Shown here: positions 1 through 11,983 of the stretch, in pieces
Layout of the letters: each line of letters opens with the position of its first letter
Numbering within the stretch: position 1 is the first letter of the stretch
Assembly: GCA_030141605.1 (NCBI GenBank)
Contig: JAQGDQ010000014.1
Span: 186,001 to 250,000, forward strand
Direction of reading: 5' to 3'
Length of the DNA: 64,000 nt
DNA from: Tubiluchus corallicola
Lineage: Eukaryota > Animalia > Priapulida
Made by a program: the position numbers and the translations under genes
Notes under the pieces: model-generated
Told to the model about the DNA's origin: nothing
Seen by the model: the letters and a program-made list of their open reading frames with translations, nothing else
Database searches by the model: none

Positions 1-195
1 TGCTGCATGCCACACGGATTCTCGTAGCAACTGTCATATAAGTGGCAGTTTCTTCCATAATATGGTGGGATACAGTTGCATCTATAGTTATTGGGCAAAG
101 TGGTGCAAGTTCCACCGTTCAGACAAACAACACTGTCACATAAATCAATCAGCTGCCGACACATTGGTCCAGTATATCCAGGCGGACATGAGCAT
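1..195 (-). CDS. Giant EGF-repeat protein, last exon visible (continues beyond window start)
   Basis: Acceptor ttttgcag at 196; phase-2 join gives R|CSCPPGYTGPMCRQLIDLCDSVVCLNGGTCTTLPNNYRCNCIPPYYGRNCHLYDSCYENPCG, open to base 1. Confidence 0.9.
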
Positions 196-494
196 CTGCA
201 AAACAATCACACTGTCACTCTGACAGTTTTAGCAGACCTGACGTCACTCTTAACTAATGATAAAGAGATACAACTGGAATATTGTGAGAAGGTAGCATTT
301 TAAAGCTGTCTTTATAATTGTAATCACACAAAACCACATTTCTCAGTTCAGAAGTAAGGCACTCTAGTCGACATGCTAGGTCTAATAATTAATCCTTTTT
401 CAGTTAAAGAAAAAAAGTAGTAAGTAAAAAGGGATCCTAGACAGCTTACTTCTGGTAAATATTAAAGTAATTAATTTAGAATTATTTTTTTTGG

Positions 495-1490
495 TGCGCG
501 GTAAAATGGCGCAGGAAAAAATGGCATGGTAAAATGGCACAGAAAGAAATGGCATGGTAAAAATTGCACAGGAAAAAATGGCACGAATGGACAAGTAGGT
601 AAAAATGGCACAGGAAAAGTAGAAAATATGGCAAATGTGTTATACTGATGCAATTGATTTCTATAATAAAACTAGAATGCACTCAGTAAGAAGTAGATCT
701 CTGCCAAAGCCGAACAACCCTAAAACTTATTTGTCTGATTCTTTTGATTAAAAAAATTTAATACAGAAATAAACAAGCAAATATACAAAAATGAGTGTTG
801 GTATTATGGTGTAGATTAGCAAAAGTCTCACAAGTATTTGCTCATTAAATAGATTTATAATCAATAATGCAAGAATGTTCCTCATATTGTTTATCTACCC
901 CTTTTAACCATTAATTTTGTCATTGTGCTAATAGACTGACATATATATTCGTATTTACATACCAGATTATCTGATAAGGCTCTACACATTAATAACCAAA
1001 GGTTATAGACAGCGTTACACATTCGACAATTTCTCGAAATGGTACTAGAACTAACTCGTAGTACATTGTTTGTCCAGGTGGAGATAACAAAAAAAGAAAT
1101 ATAAACATTTCTCTGAGATTTCCACAAAGTATTTCATAAATGTTTCTGCCTTCTCCACAAAGTTTCATGGAAATCTATTAGGTAGTGTAGTTGTGTTATA
1201 GGCTTAAACCCATAACAGACAAAAACAACCAAATAAACAAACTGTATTGAAGCACAACTTCCTTGGCAGAGGTAAAAATAACTAAAATAATTATCCCCCG
1301 TGCCAATCCTAACCCTGCAACACATTTTACTAAGTGTGGCATTTTTTCCTGTGTCATTTTACCTACTTTTCCATTTGTGCCATTTTTTGCTGTGCCATCT
1401 TTTCCTGTGCCATTTTTACTGTGCTATTTTTTCCCATGTCATTTTTACATAATTTCAATTTGTGCCATTTTTCCTGTGCATTTTTACCTA
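495..1490. mobile_element. Foldback/MITE-like element with inverted arms built of ~14-bp tandem subrepeats
   Basis: Left arm (495-635) repeats AAAAATGGCACAGG-like units; right arm (1335-1490) repeats the reverse complement TTTTCCTGTGCCATTTTT; CCTAACCCT at ~1308. Confidence 0.55.
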
Positions 1491-1756
1491 CATTCTCTTT
1501 TTTCACTATAACTCATAAACATTAGTGCCGGTGTTAGTCTTTTCTAATGACTTTAATAATGTTTTTTGTATTTAATGTAAATTTGAATCTATGGAAGCCA
1601 TAGTGGCTTTCTGCAACCATATACATACTGCAAATGATGACTAACTACATCAGATCATCAAATGTGGAAAACATTGCCTACAGTAAACAGAAAGGCCGCA
1701 TTCTAAAAATAGCCTGTCAGCTAATTGTAGCTGTGTGCAAAACAATAAAAACCTAC

Positions 1757-1993
1757 CGAAAGCCATTTGGATTATTGTAACAAGTTGAGATGGGATTACA
1801 CGGCCGTGATGCGCAAAAGTCTTCTTGTTCACAATTTGATCCAATGTAACCTTCTGGGCAGAAACACAAATAAAGTGTGCCATATGCCAAGTTCTCTTCT
1901 GGAATGCAGGTGGCGCCTTGACGGCACGGTGAACCTACACAGCTGTTTTGTTTCTCACAGAACTTGCCAGAGTATCCAGTTAAGCAATCACAT
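1757..1993 (-). CDS. Giant EGF-repeat protein exon
   Basis: tttttcag acceptor, gtaggt donor, phase 2-2; CDCLTGYSGKFCEKQNSCVGSPCRQGATC...CASRPCNPISTCYNNPNGFR. Confidence 0.9.
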
Positions 1994-2387
1994 CTGAAAA
2001 AGAAGTATCACTGGATAAATTTGAATTAAAAATTAAACCAATAATGAACAAATGGTTAAATTATAGCTACAATATCCAAGACATAGTATTCACTAAATAC
2101 TTGGAAATCAATGTCAAAAGCTCAGAAATTATCTGAAAATATGACCAAACATTGTTAGCATTTTAATCAATGACGTCTTCAAGTTGATTTGTAAAACCTG
2201 TTACAAAACCTTACAAGACCTATTTTAAGTGAATAGAAAGAGTTACGTCTACTGTCAGATTATAATTGAAACATACAGCTAGTGATGATGTTGTTGTAAA
2301 CGCCTTAATCTGTACATTCACTCGACTTAGCATAATTGTACAAGATACACAGAAAAGTAAAAGAAAGTAAAATTGAAATTAACAGAC

Positions 2388-2481
2388 CGGAAATCATTGA
2401 CGAGATCGACACATCTTCCACCATGCATACACTGGTTGTTGCAATCATCTATGTTCACTGAGCACGTCATGCCGGTGAAAC
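2388..2481 (-). CDS. Giant EGF-repeat protein exon (calcium-binding-type EGF)
   Basis: tttatag acceptor, gtctgt donor, phase 1-2; [32 protein letters not shown]. Confidence 0.9.
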
Positions 2482-3484
2482 CTATAAAAACATTTGTCAC
2501 TCTATAAAATAACAAAGCAGTAGCAAGCAGTTACAAAGATTGTATGTCCAGACAAAGCTTTTTATACCACCTAGTGAGGGAGTGCAAAAAAGTGCTGTAG
2601 CTCGAGCAAAGAGTGGCCATTTATTCTCTATGGAAGAGTAAATTTCCAACTCAGCCATCAAACACTTATTCACTAATTAAAAGATTAATTTGATACACAA
2701 AATTTTAAGATTCTTGTTTTAACTGATGAATATGAATGCCAAGCATTAAAAACAATTTGCTAATTAGTAATTAGAGCTATAATTTAGGGCATTTATACAT
2801 AACCAACACCCCAACACTTGCTATTCAACTTTTGCCACTGTACTAAAATCAAAAACCCTGTGTAAATTAAGCTAATATAATTTCAACAGTTTTACGCAAG
2901 GCTGCAGCATAGCAAACTTGTGTATAAAATTGTTTTAAACTAAACGTTTTGTTATGCTTTTTAGCCACTAAAAAGTGTACGAGTTGCATGCTTATAATCT
3001 ATAGACTGTTCACCAGCCCTTCCTTTACCTTATCAGGGCTTTCTACTGTTTTAGAACTTCGGGCGTAGAACATTTTTCCAAATTACTAGTGTCGACAATA
3101 ACAAATTATGTCTGTCTACATCAGAGCAAAAAAGTTTGCTCTTAGTCAATTTGCCCATCATGTTTAGAAAACCTACAGACAATATAAGGGTTAGTATCAT
3201 AGTGATTAAGCTACGCAACACGTGTTAAAATCTCTCTGCTGTTTTTCTGCTTGTTACTTGCAAAAAAGGAACTTTTTGTTAATCATACTGTTATTGTCTA
3301 ATGGCTAACAGACTACTGATTTACAGTTATGTGGTTTATTTTTTGTTATCTGCAACAGTTGTGAAGTTATCAATGAAAAATCAATAAAATTTTTGATATT
3401 TGTAGCTGACAATATTAAACTGAAGGTACCTACTTTACCCCTTCACTGGAAGTGATATTGTTTACCTGTTCATGGTAAATCGGT

Positions 3485-4355
3485 AAACTGCATCTTCCTT
3501 GTGTTTTGATTTTAAACACAAAATTAAAATGCATAATCAAGGCATTGTATAAATGCTTCAAATAACTGTCTATAAAATCTTTGCCCATACTGAACATGCT
3601 ATCAAGGATTTCTACTTGGGGAAAAAACAGAATAAAAGCATTAACTAGTTTTAAAGGTACTCGTGTAGATAAAAAGCCAACATGTAAACTCGCTTGCAAA
3701 TTATACTGGGTAAGAGAAGGCCAAAATAACATTAGAAATTTCTTGTATACTGAAATTTAAACGATGTTGAATTTAATGCATTGATTATGCATTTTAATTT
3801 TAAGTTTAAAATCAAAACACGAGGATGATACAGTTTTAGAGGAAGTACATAATTATGTGTTAATAGGCCTGTCTGCATACTATAAGGCGCACACTTTTTA
3901 CTAACTGTATTGCTTTTAAGACATGGCAGAGATTTAATGGCTTTGTTATTGTTTCTTTTTTCTCCTGAGTGTTGTTATTGTTGTTAAAATGCAGATTTGG
4001 CAGTAGCCTACTTGTATGTGTTTGTATGTATACTATATTTTTAATGACGACGAAATGCTAATTATTTTCGACCTCTCCTCTACACTGTGATGGACTCCTC
4101 CGTACGAAGCCATTGCATAGCCTCAATAAAAAGAATCCAATATTCTTGTAAAAGATGCAAGTTGGTATTTAGTTGAATTGCAGATGAGTGCGAACAAAGG
4201 GTGTAGCCAGGTTCTAAAGTTAGAGGGAGCAAGCACATAAGAAAAGGTGCCGTCACATGTACCAAACAATTTTTAATGCATTCGTTATGCATTTTTATTT
4301 TGTGTTTAAAATCAAAACACAAGGAAGATATAGTTTTAGAGGAAGTACATAATTG
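3485..4355. repeat. Three dispersed copies of a ~60-85 bp AT-rich repeat (one inverted, two direct)
   Basis: TTATGCATTTTAATTTT..GTTTAAAATCAAAACAC..GGA.GATA.AGTTTTAGAGGAAGTACATAATT at ~3773 and ~4273; reverse complement at ~3485-3545. Confidence 0.6.
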
Positions 4356-5145
4356 TTATTTTGTATTTAAAATTCAAACACAAAAATAGTTTTACGGTAA
4401 ACTCATCTCAAAACATAAAAACGTGTGTTGTTTAATTATTTATATTTTAAACGTAAAATGAAAACAAAATGAAGCATTGTGAGAAAGGTATCATAAGGAA
4501 CTACAATTGTTGAAATTGTACAATTAAAAAAATTGTTGAAAAGGCTCCAAATTTGAAAAATGTGCTCAGGCGAGCTACCCTAGCTCTCCTATTAGCTATG
4601 CCACTGGTGTGAGCTGTAGCAATGTGATGAAATCAGAGAAAATTTCATAATCAAAGTTCAGTGTAATTCAAATAAATGTGTGTTTGCAAACCAAAACCGT
4701 CCTAACTAGGCGTATTTAAAACTATGTTATGATACTTCAAAGTAGAAAGCACCAAATTTTTGGTTAATTTTTTATAAAAACAAATGCTAAATATATTGGA
4801 CTTTTACATTCCAGCATCGAATCTGCTGTATTTAAATATAACTTCAATGTGTTCTTGCAAAGTCTGTAGCAGCCAACATTTGTGCGGTTGCTAAGCGTAT
4901 TGCAGAAATGCGGAAAAAAACAATGGTTAACTTTAATAGTGATTTTCTCCAGGTTATATCATCTTTTTCAGTGCATAGTGTGCACCTAAACTTCAACGTG
5001 GTTTACTTCAGCTTAGAAATAACATAGAGCAATTAGCTTGATATCAAAATGAAGATTCAGAACACGTGAATAACTAAAAATCCTTAACGACTTCTGGACT
5101 TTTGGTATGCAAGCACACGTCAAACTATAAGTCAATTGAAATTAC

Positions 5146-5265
5146 CAGTTTGGCAAGTACAAATAAATTGTTCCAAGCTGCCATCATCAACACAAGTTGC
5201 TCCATTTAGGCAGGGTTCCGATGCGCAGGCTGGAAGTTTGACCGTGCAAAAATTACCACTGTAAC
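5146..5265 (-). CDS. Giant EGF-repeat protein exon
   Basis: tttgcag acceptor, gtaatt donor, phase 1-1; GYSGNFCTVKLPACASEPCLNGATCVDDGSLEQFICTCQTG. Confidence 0.9.
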
Positions 5266-6654
5266 CTGCAAAATGAAAATTCATAATGATCACTGTAGTC
5301 GAAAAATAATGCAAATTACTCCTGCAATTATGAGAAAAAATAATGAACACTAAATGAAAATGACCACAGGTATAAAAATTGACATCATTATCAAAAGGTA
5401 AGTGACTGTTAGTAGTTACATTTAATTTTGTTTGTTTATTAGACAAAAACACATTACAATTACATAATAAGATATACTACATACAATTATAGAAACTGAA
5501 AGCAAAAATTACTTGTCAGTTATTAGCGAACAAATGATGTAACTTGGAGAGCCCAGCTGCAATGCATGACGTGTTGTTAGGTGCTAGGGGCAGATGTGCA
5601 ATGAAAAGAGATGACGTGAAGGTAAGTAGGGTGTAAGTAAGTAATGCAAGTAAAATAGAAGAAAAAAGCTAGAAATTATAAAAAATATTATAAAACGATG
5701 AGGTGATAATGATGAAAATGCAATGAAATGGCTATAGCATAAGTCATTTATGTATACAGGGATGGACTGTGAGTGGCAACCAATGTGGTGAACACAATAT
5801 GGAAAGAAATGTTGAAGACCAAATCCACCTAATATCGAAAAACCTAATATATATTTAAGAGACATGTTTTCATCTCCTTCTTAAATCTAGGTTGACATGA
5901 TACTGTTCTGATATTATAAGGAATAGAATTCGAAACATTGGGACCTACAAAAGAAATAAAATGTTTAGCAACATTGGTTTAGCAATATTTGACATAATAT
6001 TCATTATACCTAATATTATGGTGTTTGATATTTTTGCTTATACGATTTATAAACTCACTGCCTCACTGGGTATCAGGGATTAAGTAAATGCTCAGGATAA
6101 TTGGTACCTTTCATAGCCAAGAATTTGTAATTATGGATATTCTCCTGAAATGCCTTAATACAAGCAAGGTCAATTTTTCACTTTCCTGTCACTTTCCTTT
6201 GGTTAGTTGGTGTGGTACTGTTTGCGTTAGGCTTAAGCACTATAGTGGACACAAGTAGAAAACTCTTGAAGTGACACATGGAGAGTCCACTAAAGACCTG
6301 ATGTGGAAGATATGAGTGTCCACTTAAGGTTTGGTATGAAATGTATGGAGAGTCCACTCAAACCTTGATATGGAAAAACCTTTTCCATTTTGTATTACAT
6401 TACATTAAGCTCACTGACAAGTCAGTGCTAGCTGCAATCAGCATAAAAGCAAGTCATTCATGATTATAGTAGCTGAAACAGTAATGATTGGAGGAAATAA
6501 AATCAGCACTGCTTGTTATCAAGTTAAAATCATTCTTCCAACATTATAAAGACCTGCATCCATTACCAATTTAAAGTAATTATTGATTATAGTATCAAAG
6601 TGAGGCTTTTTGCCAAAAATGATTTAACTAGAAAAGCAAGCTGATGAGACTGTC

Positions 6655-6813
6655 GGTAAAAGAAGTCAAAATGCCCTTAAGGTCTCAAGAAATACTTTAT
6701 TTTTTCCTTCAGAAGCTTTTGTCCCTCAGGGGCTTGAAGAAGTCTGTGAGGTTGTCAAAACTTCTGAAAGAAAAAAAATTCAGGCCTTACAGGCCATTTT
6801 GACTTCTTTTACC
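6655..6813. mobile_element. Small palindromic MITE-like element
   Basis: Perfect 19-bp terminal inverted repeat GGTAAAAGAAGTCAAAATG / CATTTTGACTTCTTTTACC plus further internal inverted similarity. Confidence 0.6.
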
Positions 6814-6955
6814 ATTTATGACCATGGCAAGTCTAAGAAGAGTGCTATCTTGTTTTCAAGCTAATGCCACCGTTTCAGTTTGTCGTCAATAATCTGGAAT
6901 TTTTGATAATTATTCAACAAATGCCAGACAATCGAAAAAGCGAAAATAAACTAAC

Positions 6956-7024
6956 CTGGAAAACAACGGCAGACAAATAAATTTGCTTTTGCCACACAAA
7001 TTCCATGTTCTCCGCACGGGTTCC
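6956..7024 (-). CDS. Giant EGF-repeat protein exon
   Basis: cttacag acceptor, gttagt donor, phase 1-1; GNPCGEHGICVAKANLFVCRCFPG. Confidence 0.88.
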
Positions 7025-7518
7025 CTGTAAGAATATAAACAATTTTTATATTAAATACCACTTAACAAAACTTCATCTTCTGAAAAATATATGGCTTGAA
7101 GTCATGGGGTATATATAAGTGCATTGATAATAATAAAACTTAAAAAAATTATAATGAAATACTAAATTAGTTTACTTTTCGAGTCACAAAAATTGATACT
7201 TTGAGTTACGTTGTATTTTCCATGTAAATCAAAAAGAAGGCTTTGTACTACTTAACTGAAACTTGTTTAAATCTGCATTCATTTAAAAGCCAATATTTAA
7301 AAAAATTATGCAAAAAGCTCCGCTGTATGCTCACAAAAAATATAGATACAGTAGTACACAAGCAATGTTTCAGTAATTACAGGTCTTTACAGATTGTACC
7401 ATATACTTCAATATAACATGAAATGTCCAACATAATCACAGAAGTATTGTTCTCAAATGAACTTTTAAAATTACTTTTTAAAATTTTCTGCACAAAAATA
7501 AACTTAATTTAACATTAC

Positions 7519-7648
7519 CCATGCAGGGATTCGCTTTTTCACAAGACAGTCCTTGAAAACCAGGTGGGCATGTGCACTGTGGCGGTCCGAGTAAATTTAT
7601 CATACACAGACCACTGTTCATACATGGTAAAGATATGCAGCTCGCAAT
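7519..7648 (-). CDS. Giant EGF-repeat protein exon
   Basis: gttccag acceptor, gtaatg donor, phase 0-1; IASCISLPCMNSGLCMINLLGPPQCTCPPGFQGLSCEKANPCMG. Confidence 0.9.
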
Positions 7649-7781
7649 CTGGAACATTGAATATGGGAAACTGTCATAGATAATTGCTAACTATAAATAG
7701 TCGATTCCAGGTAATAAAGTGTTACCTGTACATAATTAGTGTAACTCGTATTTAACCTTCTCACATGTAAAAAAGCCACAA

Positions 7782-7920
7782 GGTAAAAAAAGTCATGGGG
7801 AAAAAAGGCACAGGAAAAAAGAAATAATCCGAACCCTAACTATAACCAAAATTAATTGAGACTTCTTTCCTAACCAAAATTGTGACTTTTTTCTGTGATT
7901 TTTCCTATGACTTTATTACC
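7782..7920. mobile_element. Short foldback-type element (similar design to 495-1490)
   Basis: GGTAAAAAAAGTCATGG..GGCACAGGAAAAAA left arm, TGTGACTTTTTTCTGTG..ATGACTTTATTACC right arm, central ACCCTAAC. Confidence 0.45.
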
Positions 7921-8293
7921 AGTCATGAAGCAGTTAAATTCATTATAATGTCCCCACTTTATAATGCCAACCTTGCCTAACACACATCTTTGGCAAAACA
8001 AGATGTGTATATTTTAGATAGGTATGTATTAATGCTCCTCGTTATAATGCCAAACTTGCTATAACGCCAACTTTTTTACAGTCTCAAAGTAGGCGGTATA
8101 AAGAGGTTTGACTTTATAACTAACTATTTTGTAAAGTTAAAATTACAGACTATTGTTTGTTATTTAAACTTGAATTAAATTTTCAAAATCTAAGAAAATG
8201 AATAATGACAAAAACATGACGAGTTTCCACAACCTTAAATGCCATGTTTAAAAAAACTTGTGCGCATTATGAAAATTAGTATTATAGTGTTAC

Positions 8294-8413
8294 CTTCTCA
8301 TTGCAAAATTTTCCGGTATAACCTTCAGCACATTCACAAATGGCTTTGCCATTTACAGGCCAACATGTTGCTCCATTTTCACATGGATCTGGCCAGCAAG
8401 CTCCGTTGCTTAG
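8294..8413 (-). CDS. Giant EGF-repeat protein exon
   Basis: ctttcag acceptor, gtaaca donor, phase 0-0; LSNGACWPDPCENGATCWPVNGKAICECAEGYTGKFCNEK. Confidence 0.9.
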
Positions 8414-9545
8414 CTGAAAGTGCCATTAATTAACATTAACATCATGAAAAAGCAAAACTAAAATAAAAAACATAATTCCTAAATAAAATAAACATCCCAT
8501 AGCTGCAAAACGTTTTTATTTTAAAAAAGCAACAATAATTTTTGAACATTTTAAGAGATAAAATATACTGTAACTACTAGCTAATTCTTGCAAATTGAAG
8601 AAAATGAGAGAATCATGGAATAATAATAGTTCTATGGAAAGATACATTATATAACTGAAGAACTGCAAAACTTTTTATTCGTGCTAACTACTTCCTAAAA
8701 TAAACATCAGAAAAATAAATTCTTTGAACATTTTAAGTGACAAACTAACCTGTAGCTATACGGAAGGATATATTACAGACCTGAAGCACTGCAACACTTT
8801 TTTGTAGAAGTGGTGTTCTTATGCAAAATTTATTATCACAATATCTCATTAAAGCTTTATAGCTTACAACTATAAAATTTACCAAACCTTAAATCTGCTT
8901 AAAATAATTCTATAAATTCTCTGCATAAGACCTACAGTAGCTGAGATGAGATGTATTAATATGTTCAGTTGCCATGACCGGTTACTGCTACAAAGTGATG
9001 CATTTGAGCACATTTAGAACGATATTCCACATCTAATAAAAAAATCAATAACTTTCACAAAAAAATCTGAGTCTCAAAAACTTTAAGTAAAAAAGTCTCT
9101 GCATGTTTATGAAACCTATATATTACCTGAACAAGGACTACTATACACAGGACGTGCACGCTCAGATTTCTGATTCCGCCAGCGGAGGCGATCTATACTT
9201 GTGTGAACGTAATCTAGAAATAGTGCGCTTTAGAGAGTAGTGATCTTGAAAATTAAAGAATGGGCGGATCGGTAGATAGCGAGTATTATTTTTCATTTAA
9301 TTGGTTCTTTACATTACGGGAGAAAAGTACCAATTGTTTATTTTATGTATCAAAGGAAATTAGTGTTCATTTTTACTTCTTAAATAGCGCACTACTTTAG
9401 GCGTAAGTGTGTTTTACCGGAAGTAGAGCTTTGTCATTGTGGGAAACTTGAAAGTCAAGTGAAGCGTTGTTTTCATGCTTGTGTTTGTTCTTTGAGGATT
9501 ATTTTCAAAATTTCTCGTGGATTTTATACATCTGTGCTCAGCAGC

Positions 9546-10664
9546 ATGCCTAACAAGTGTGGTGTTGTTAAATGCAAAGGTAACTATGACACGGAGAACA
9601 AGTGTCGTGTGTTCAGACTGCCAAGAGATCATGTAGAAAAACAGAGATGGCTAAGTGTTCTTCCCCCACGCGAAGGCTTTGTTGTTGATCCAACGAAATT
9701 TTTCATTTGCAAAAAGCATTGGCCATCAGATACTCAAATGGTCAAAATTCCAGGTGATCACACCAGGCCAGTGGATCCACCCAGTATTTTCAACGTTCCA
9801 ACATCATGCTTGCCCACTCCAAAGCCACCACCTCGCCCTCCAAAAACTGAGGACCAGCAGCTGAATTATTTCTTTAAAAAGGATAAAATAACTTCTCTCA
9901 ATGAATTCACTCCTGAGAAAGACCTGCATAAGATGTATCAGAACCTCATTATATCTCGCACACAAGACAAATTTGTGTGCATGTTCATAGAAGAGGACCA
10001 CAGTCAATGTTATATGTCAATTATTGTTCACAATAAGCCTACCTTCTGTTCCCCTCTTACTCTGTATGCTTTCAAAAACGGGATCAGTGTGCCATTAAGT
10101 AAAATCCTCAGTCCGAACAATGGGCTGTCCTCTTCCTCACAATTTTTCGCGGTTGTGAATTCTGTTGTCAACCACATTCATCATGTTGATGATATTGTCA
10201 ACAAAGTGACAAAGTCTCTTGAACTTGAACTAGCTCAAAATCGAGAACAATCTCCTAGTGTTAATGCTAAAGCCAAGAAGCTCAAATTTCTAACACGACA
10301 GCTTCAACTATTATGTGATAAGACTTTCACAGTGTCTGATTATTGCTTTGCAATAGAGTCATTTCCCCATTGCAATTACGAACAACTGCGTGACTTTTTA
10401 GTGTCACCCAGCAAAAGAAAGCTGCAGTCAGTTATTTCATCGACAGATATTGACAAGGTGCTAGGTAGAACATTTCAGAAAGTAAAAAGCTCTGAGCAGA
10501 AACACAGTTTACAGGCAGTCAAGGGGGGCCGATGCATTCATGCAAGCTGGAGATGTCTGTTCAGCATTCAAGCAGAGACTGGCGTGTTTTTTTGCATCAT
10601 TCCTGGAGTTTGTGGACACAGACACATCATCCGAAATCCAGTTGCACACATGCAATGGGATTGA
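9546..10664 (+). CDS. Truncated THAP-domain P-type transposase (N-terminal half, 372 aa; tail out of frame after internal deletion)
   Basis: MPNKCGVVKCKGNY...FRLP...QRWL...FFICKKHW...PPSIF fits the THAP C2CH zinc-finger pattern; no catalytic DE motif follows KVKSSEQK. Confidence 0.75.
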   Translation: MPNKCGVVKCKGNYDTENKCRVFRLPRDHVEKQRWLSVLPPREGFVVDPTKFFICKKHWPSDTQMVKIPGDHTRPVDPPSIFNVPTSCLPTPKPPPRPPKTEDQQLNYFFKKDKITSLNEFTPEKDLHKMYQNLIISRTQDKFVCMFIEEDHSQCYMSIIVHNKPTFCSPLTLYAFKNGISVPLSKILSPNNGLSSSSQFFAVVNSVVNHIHHVDDIVNKVTKSLELELAQNREQSPSVNAKAKKLKFLTRQLQLLCDKTFTVSDYCFAIESFPHCNYEQLRDFLVSPSKRKLQSVISSTDIDKVLGRTFQKVKSSEQKHSLQAVKGGRCIHASWRCLFSIQAETGVFFCIIPGVCGHRHIIRNPVAHMQWD

Positions 10665-11121
10665 TTTCGAGGATGCGAAAATTATGGAGATTTGTGTTGA
10701 CGAGACTCTTTCCAAAACTGAACTGAACGCGTGTGCATATGTCGCAGGTTGGTTGGAGAGTAAGTGCCAAAATGACATTTCTTTTCCCGAGGATGAGCCT
10801 CTCCTTTCTGAGGAAATAAAAATGTTCATTGAAGAAGTGTCTAGGGGAGGTCTTACAGTGCCCCACACATTCACGTTCGAATTCGTAACAACTGGCTTAC
10901 GTTTTGTGAAGAAGTCAACTCACACAGTCTGCTGCTGCAACAAGCTCATGAACATCCTCTCCATAATCAATGCCTACTTTGATTTTGGAGAATTTTCAAG
11001 AAATGCTCTGAGATGCCTGGCGAATGTACTGCTGCATGGACTACACAATTTGGAGAAGGATCACCAGCAGAACTCAGCCCTTTACCAGACCTCCATTAAG
11101 AAGGCGCGACTAGCCGACTAA
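10504..11121 (+). pseudogene. C-terminal remnant of P/THAP9-like transposase
   Basis: Frame reads VYRQSRGADAFMQAGDV...AYVAGW...EVSRGGLTVP; RQxxG, Y(I/V)AG(Y/W) and SRGGLxxP are motifs I recall from P/THAP9 transposase C-termini. Confidence 0.7.
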
Positions 11122-11540
11122 TTGTCGCAAACATCTCTGCAAAATGGTGAGTGCAATAATTTCATGTATTCTAATTTACACAGAGGAACCTATGAATGAG
11201 TTTATATAGTCCTGACAAAATGGTGCAGTCTGTTTATTCTCTATAGAAAGTGACAGGTAATCATCGGGACACAATGAGTTGCAGATATGGTGTGTTTTTT
11301 TGGGAGGGGGGGATATCATAGGTACCACTGTTTTTAAATTACTAGATGAATGAGGAATATGTTCTATGTGTATTGTGGCATGCTATAGGTCACCATGGGG
11401 GGTAAATATGTCCAAATTATTAGCACTGAATGTTAAAAATTGATCGCCTCCGCTAGCCGAATCAGAGTCCTGTTGTATAGTAGTCCTTGTACCTGAAGTA
11501 AAATGTGAATTTGTTTAGCTACCTAACTAGCCACTTGCGG

Positions 11541-11541
<1 letters not shown>

Positions 11542-11601
<60 letters not shown>

Positions 11602-11622
11602 TACACATATATATACATATAT
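11542..11622. repeat. (CA)n(TA)n microsatellite
   Basis: Direct reading. Confidence 0.95.
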
Positions 11623-11653
11623 GACTGTCAAGTCAGGAAAACAAATAACTTAC

Positions 11654-11823
11654 ATTTCTACAGTAGTTGCCATGGTATCCATCTGCACAAGAACAAAAAA
11701 TGCCCACATTGTCATTGAAGCATGTTCCTCCATTCTCACATAAATTTTCCTCACAGGTGGACCACATGTACGTGCAATTTTTACCGTAGTATGGTTCTGG
11801 ACACATACAATGGTATTCCCCGC
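11654..11823 (-). CDS. Giant EGF-repeat protein exon
   Basis: tctttag acceptor, gtaagt donor, phase 1-0; GGEYHCMCPEPYYGKNCTYMWSTCEENLCENGGTCFNDNVGIFCSCADGYHGNYCRN. Confidence 0.92.
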
Positions 11824-11983
11824 CTAAAGAAAAATCAAGAAAGTTCGTGAAAAATTTGAAACACTCAAAAATCTTTCAGTCAGTTATTGTCAGATTCTCT
11901 AAATTTTCCATATGTAATCAAATTATGAAATAAACAAATTTTTGCATATACAGAAATTAAAAACAAACAATCAAAGCATTCAC

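Larger units (their letters stand above)
9132..11489 (+). mobile_element. P-element superfamily (THAP) DNA transposon, internally deleted, inserted antisense in an intron
   Basis: TIRs CAAGGACTACTATACA(C/AC)AGGAC at both ends; subterminal inverted repeat TCTGATTC.GC.AGCGGAGGCGATC; perfect 8-bp TSD TACCTGAA at 9124-9131 and 11490-11497; THAP transposase ORFs inside. Confidence 0.93.
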
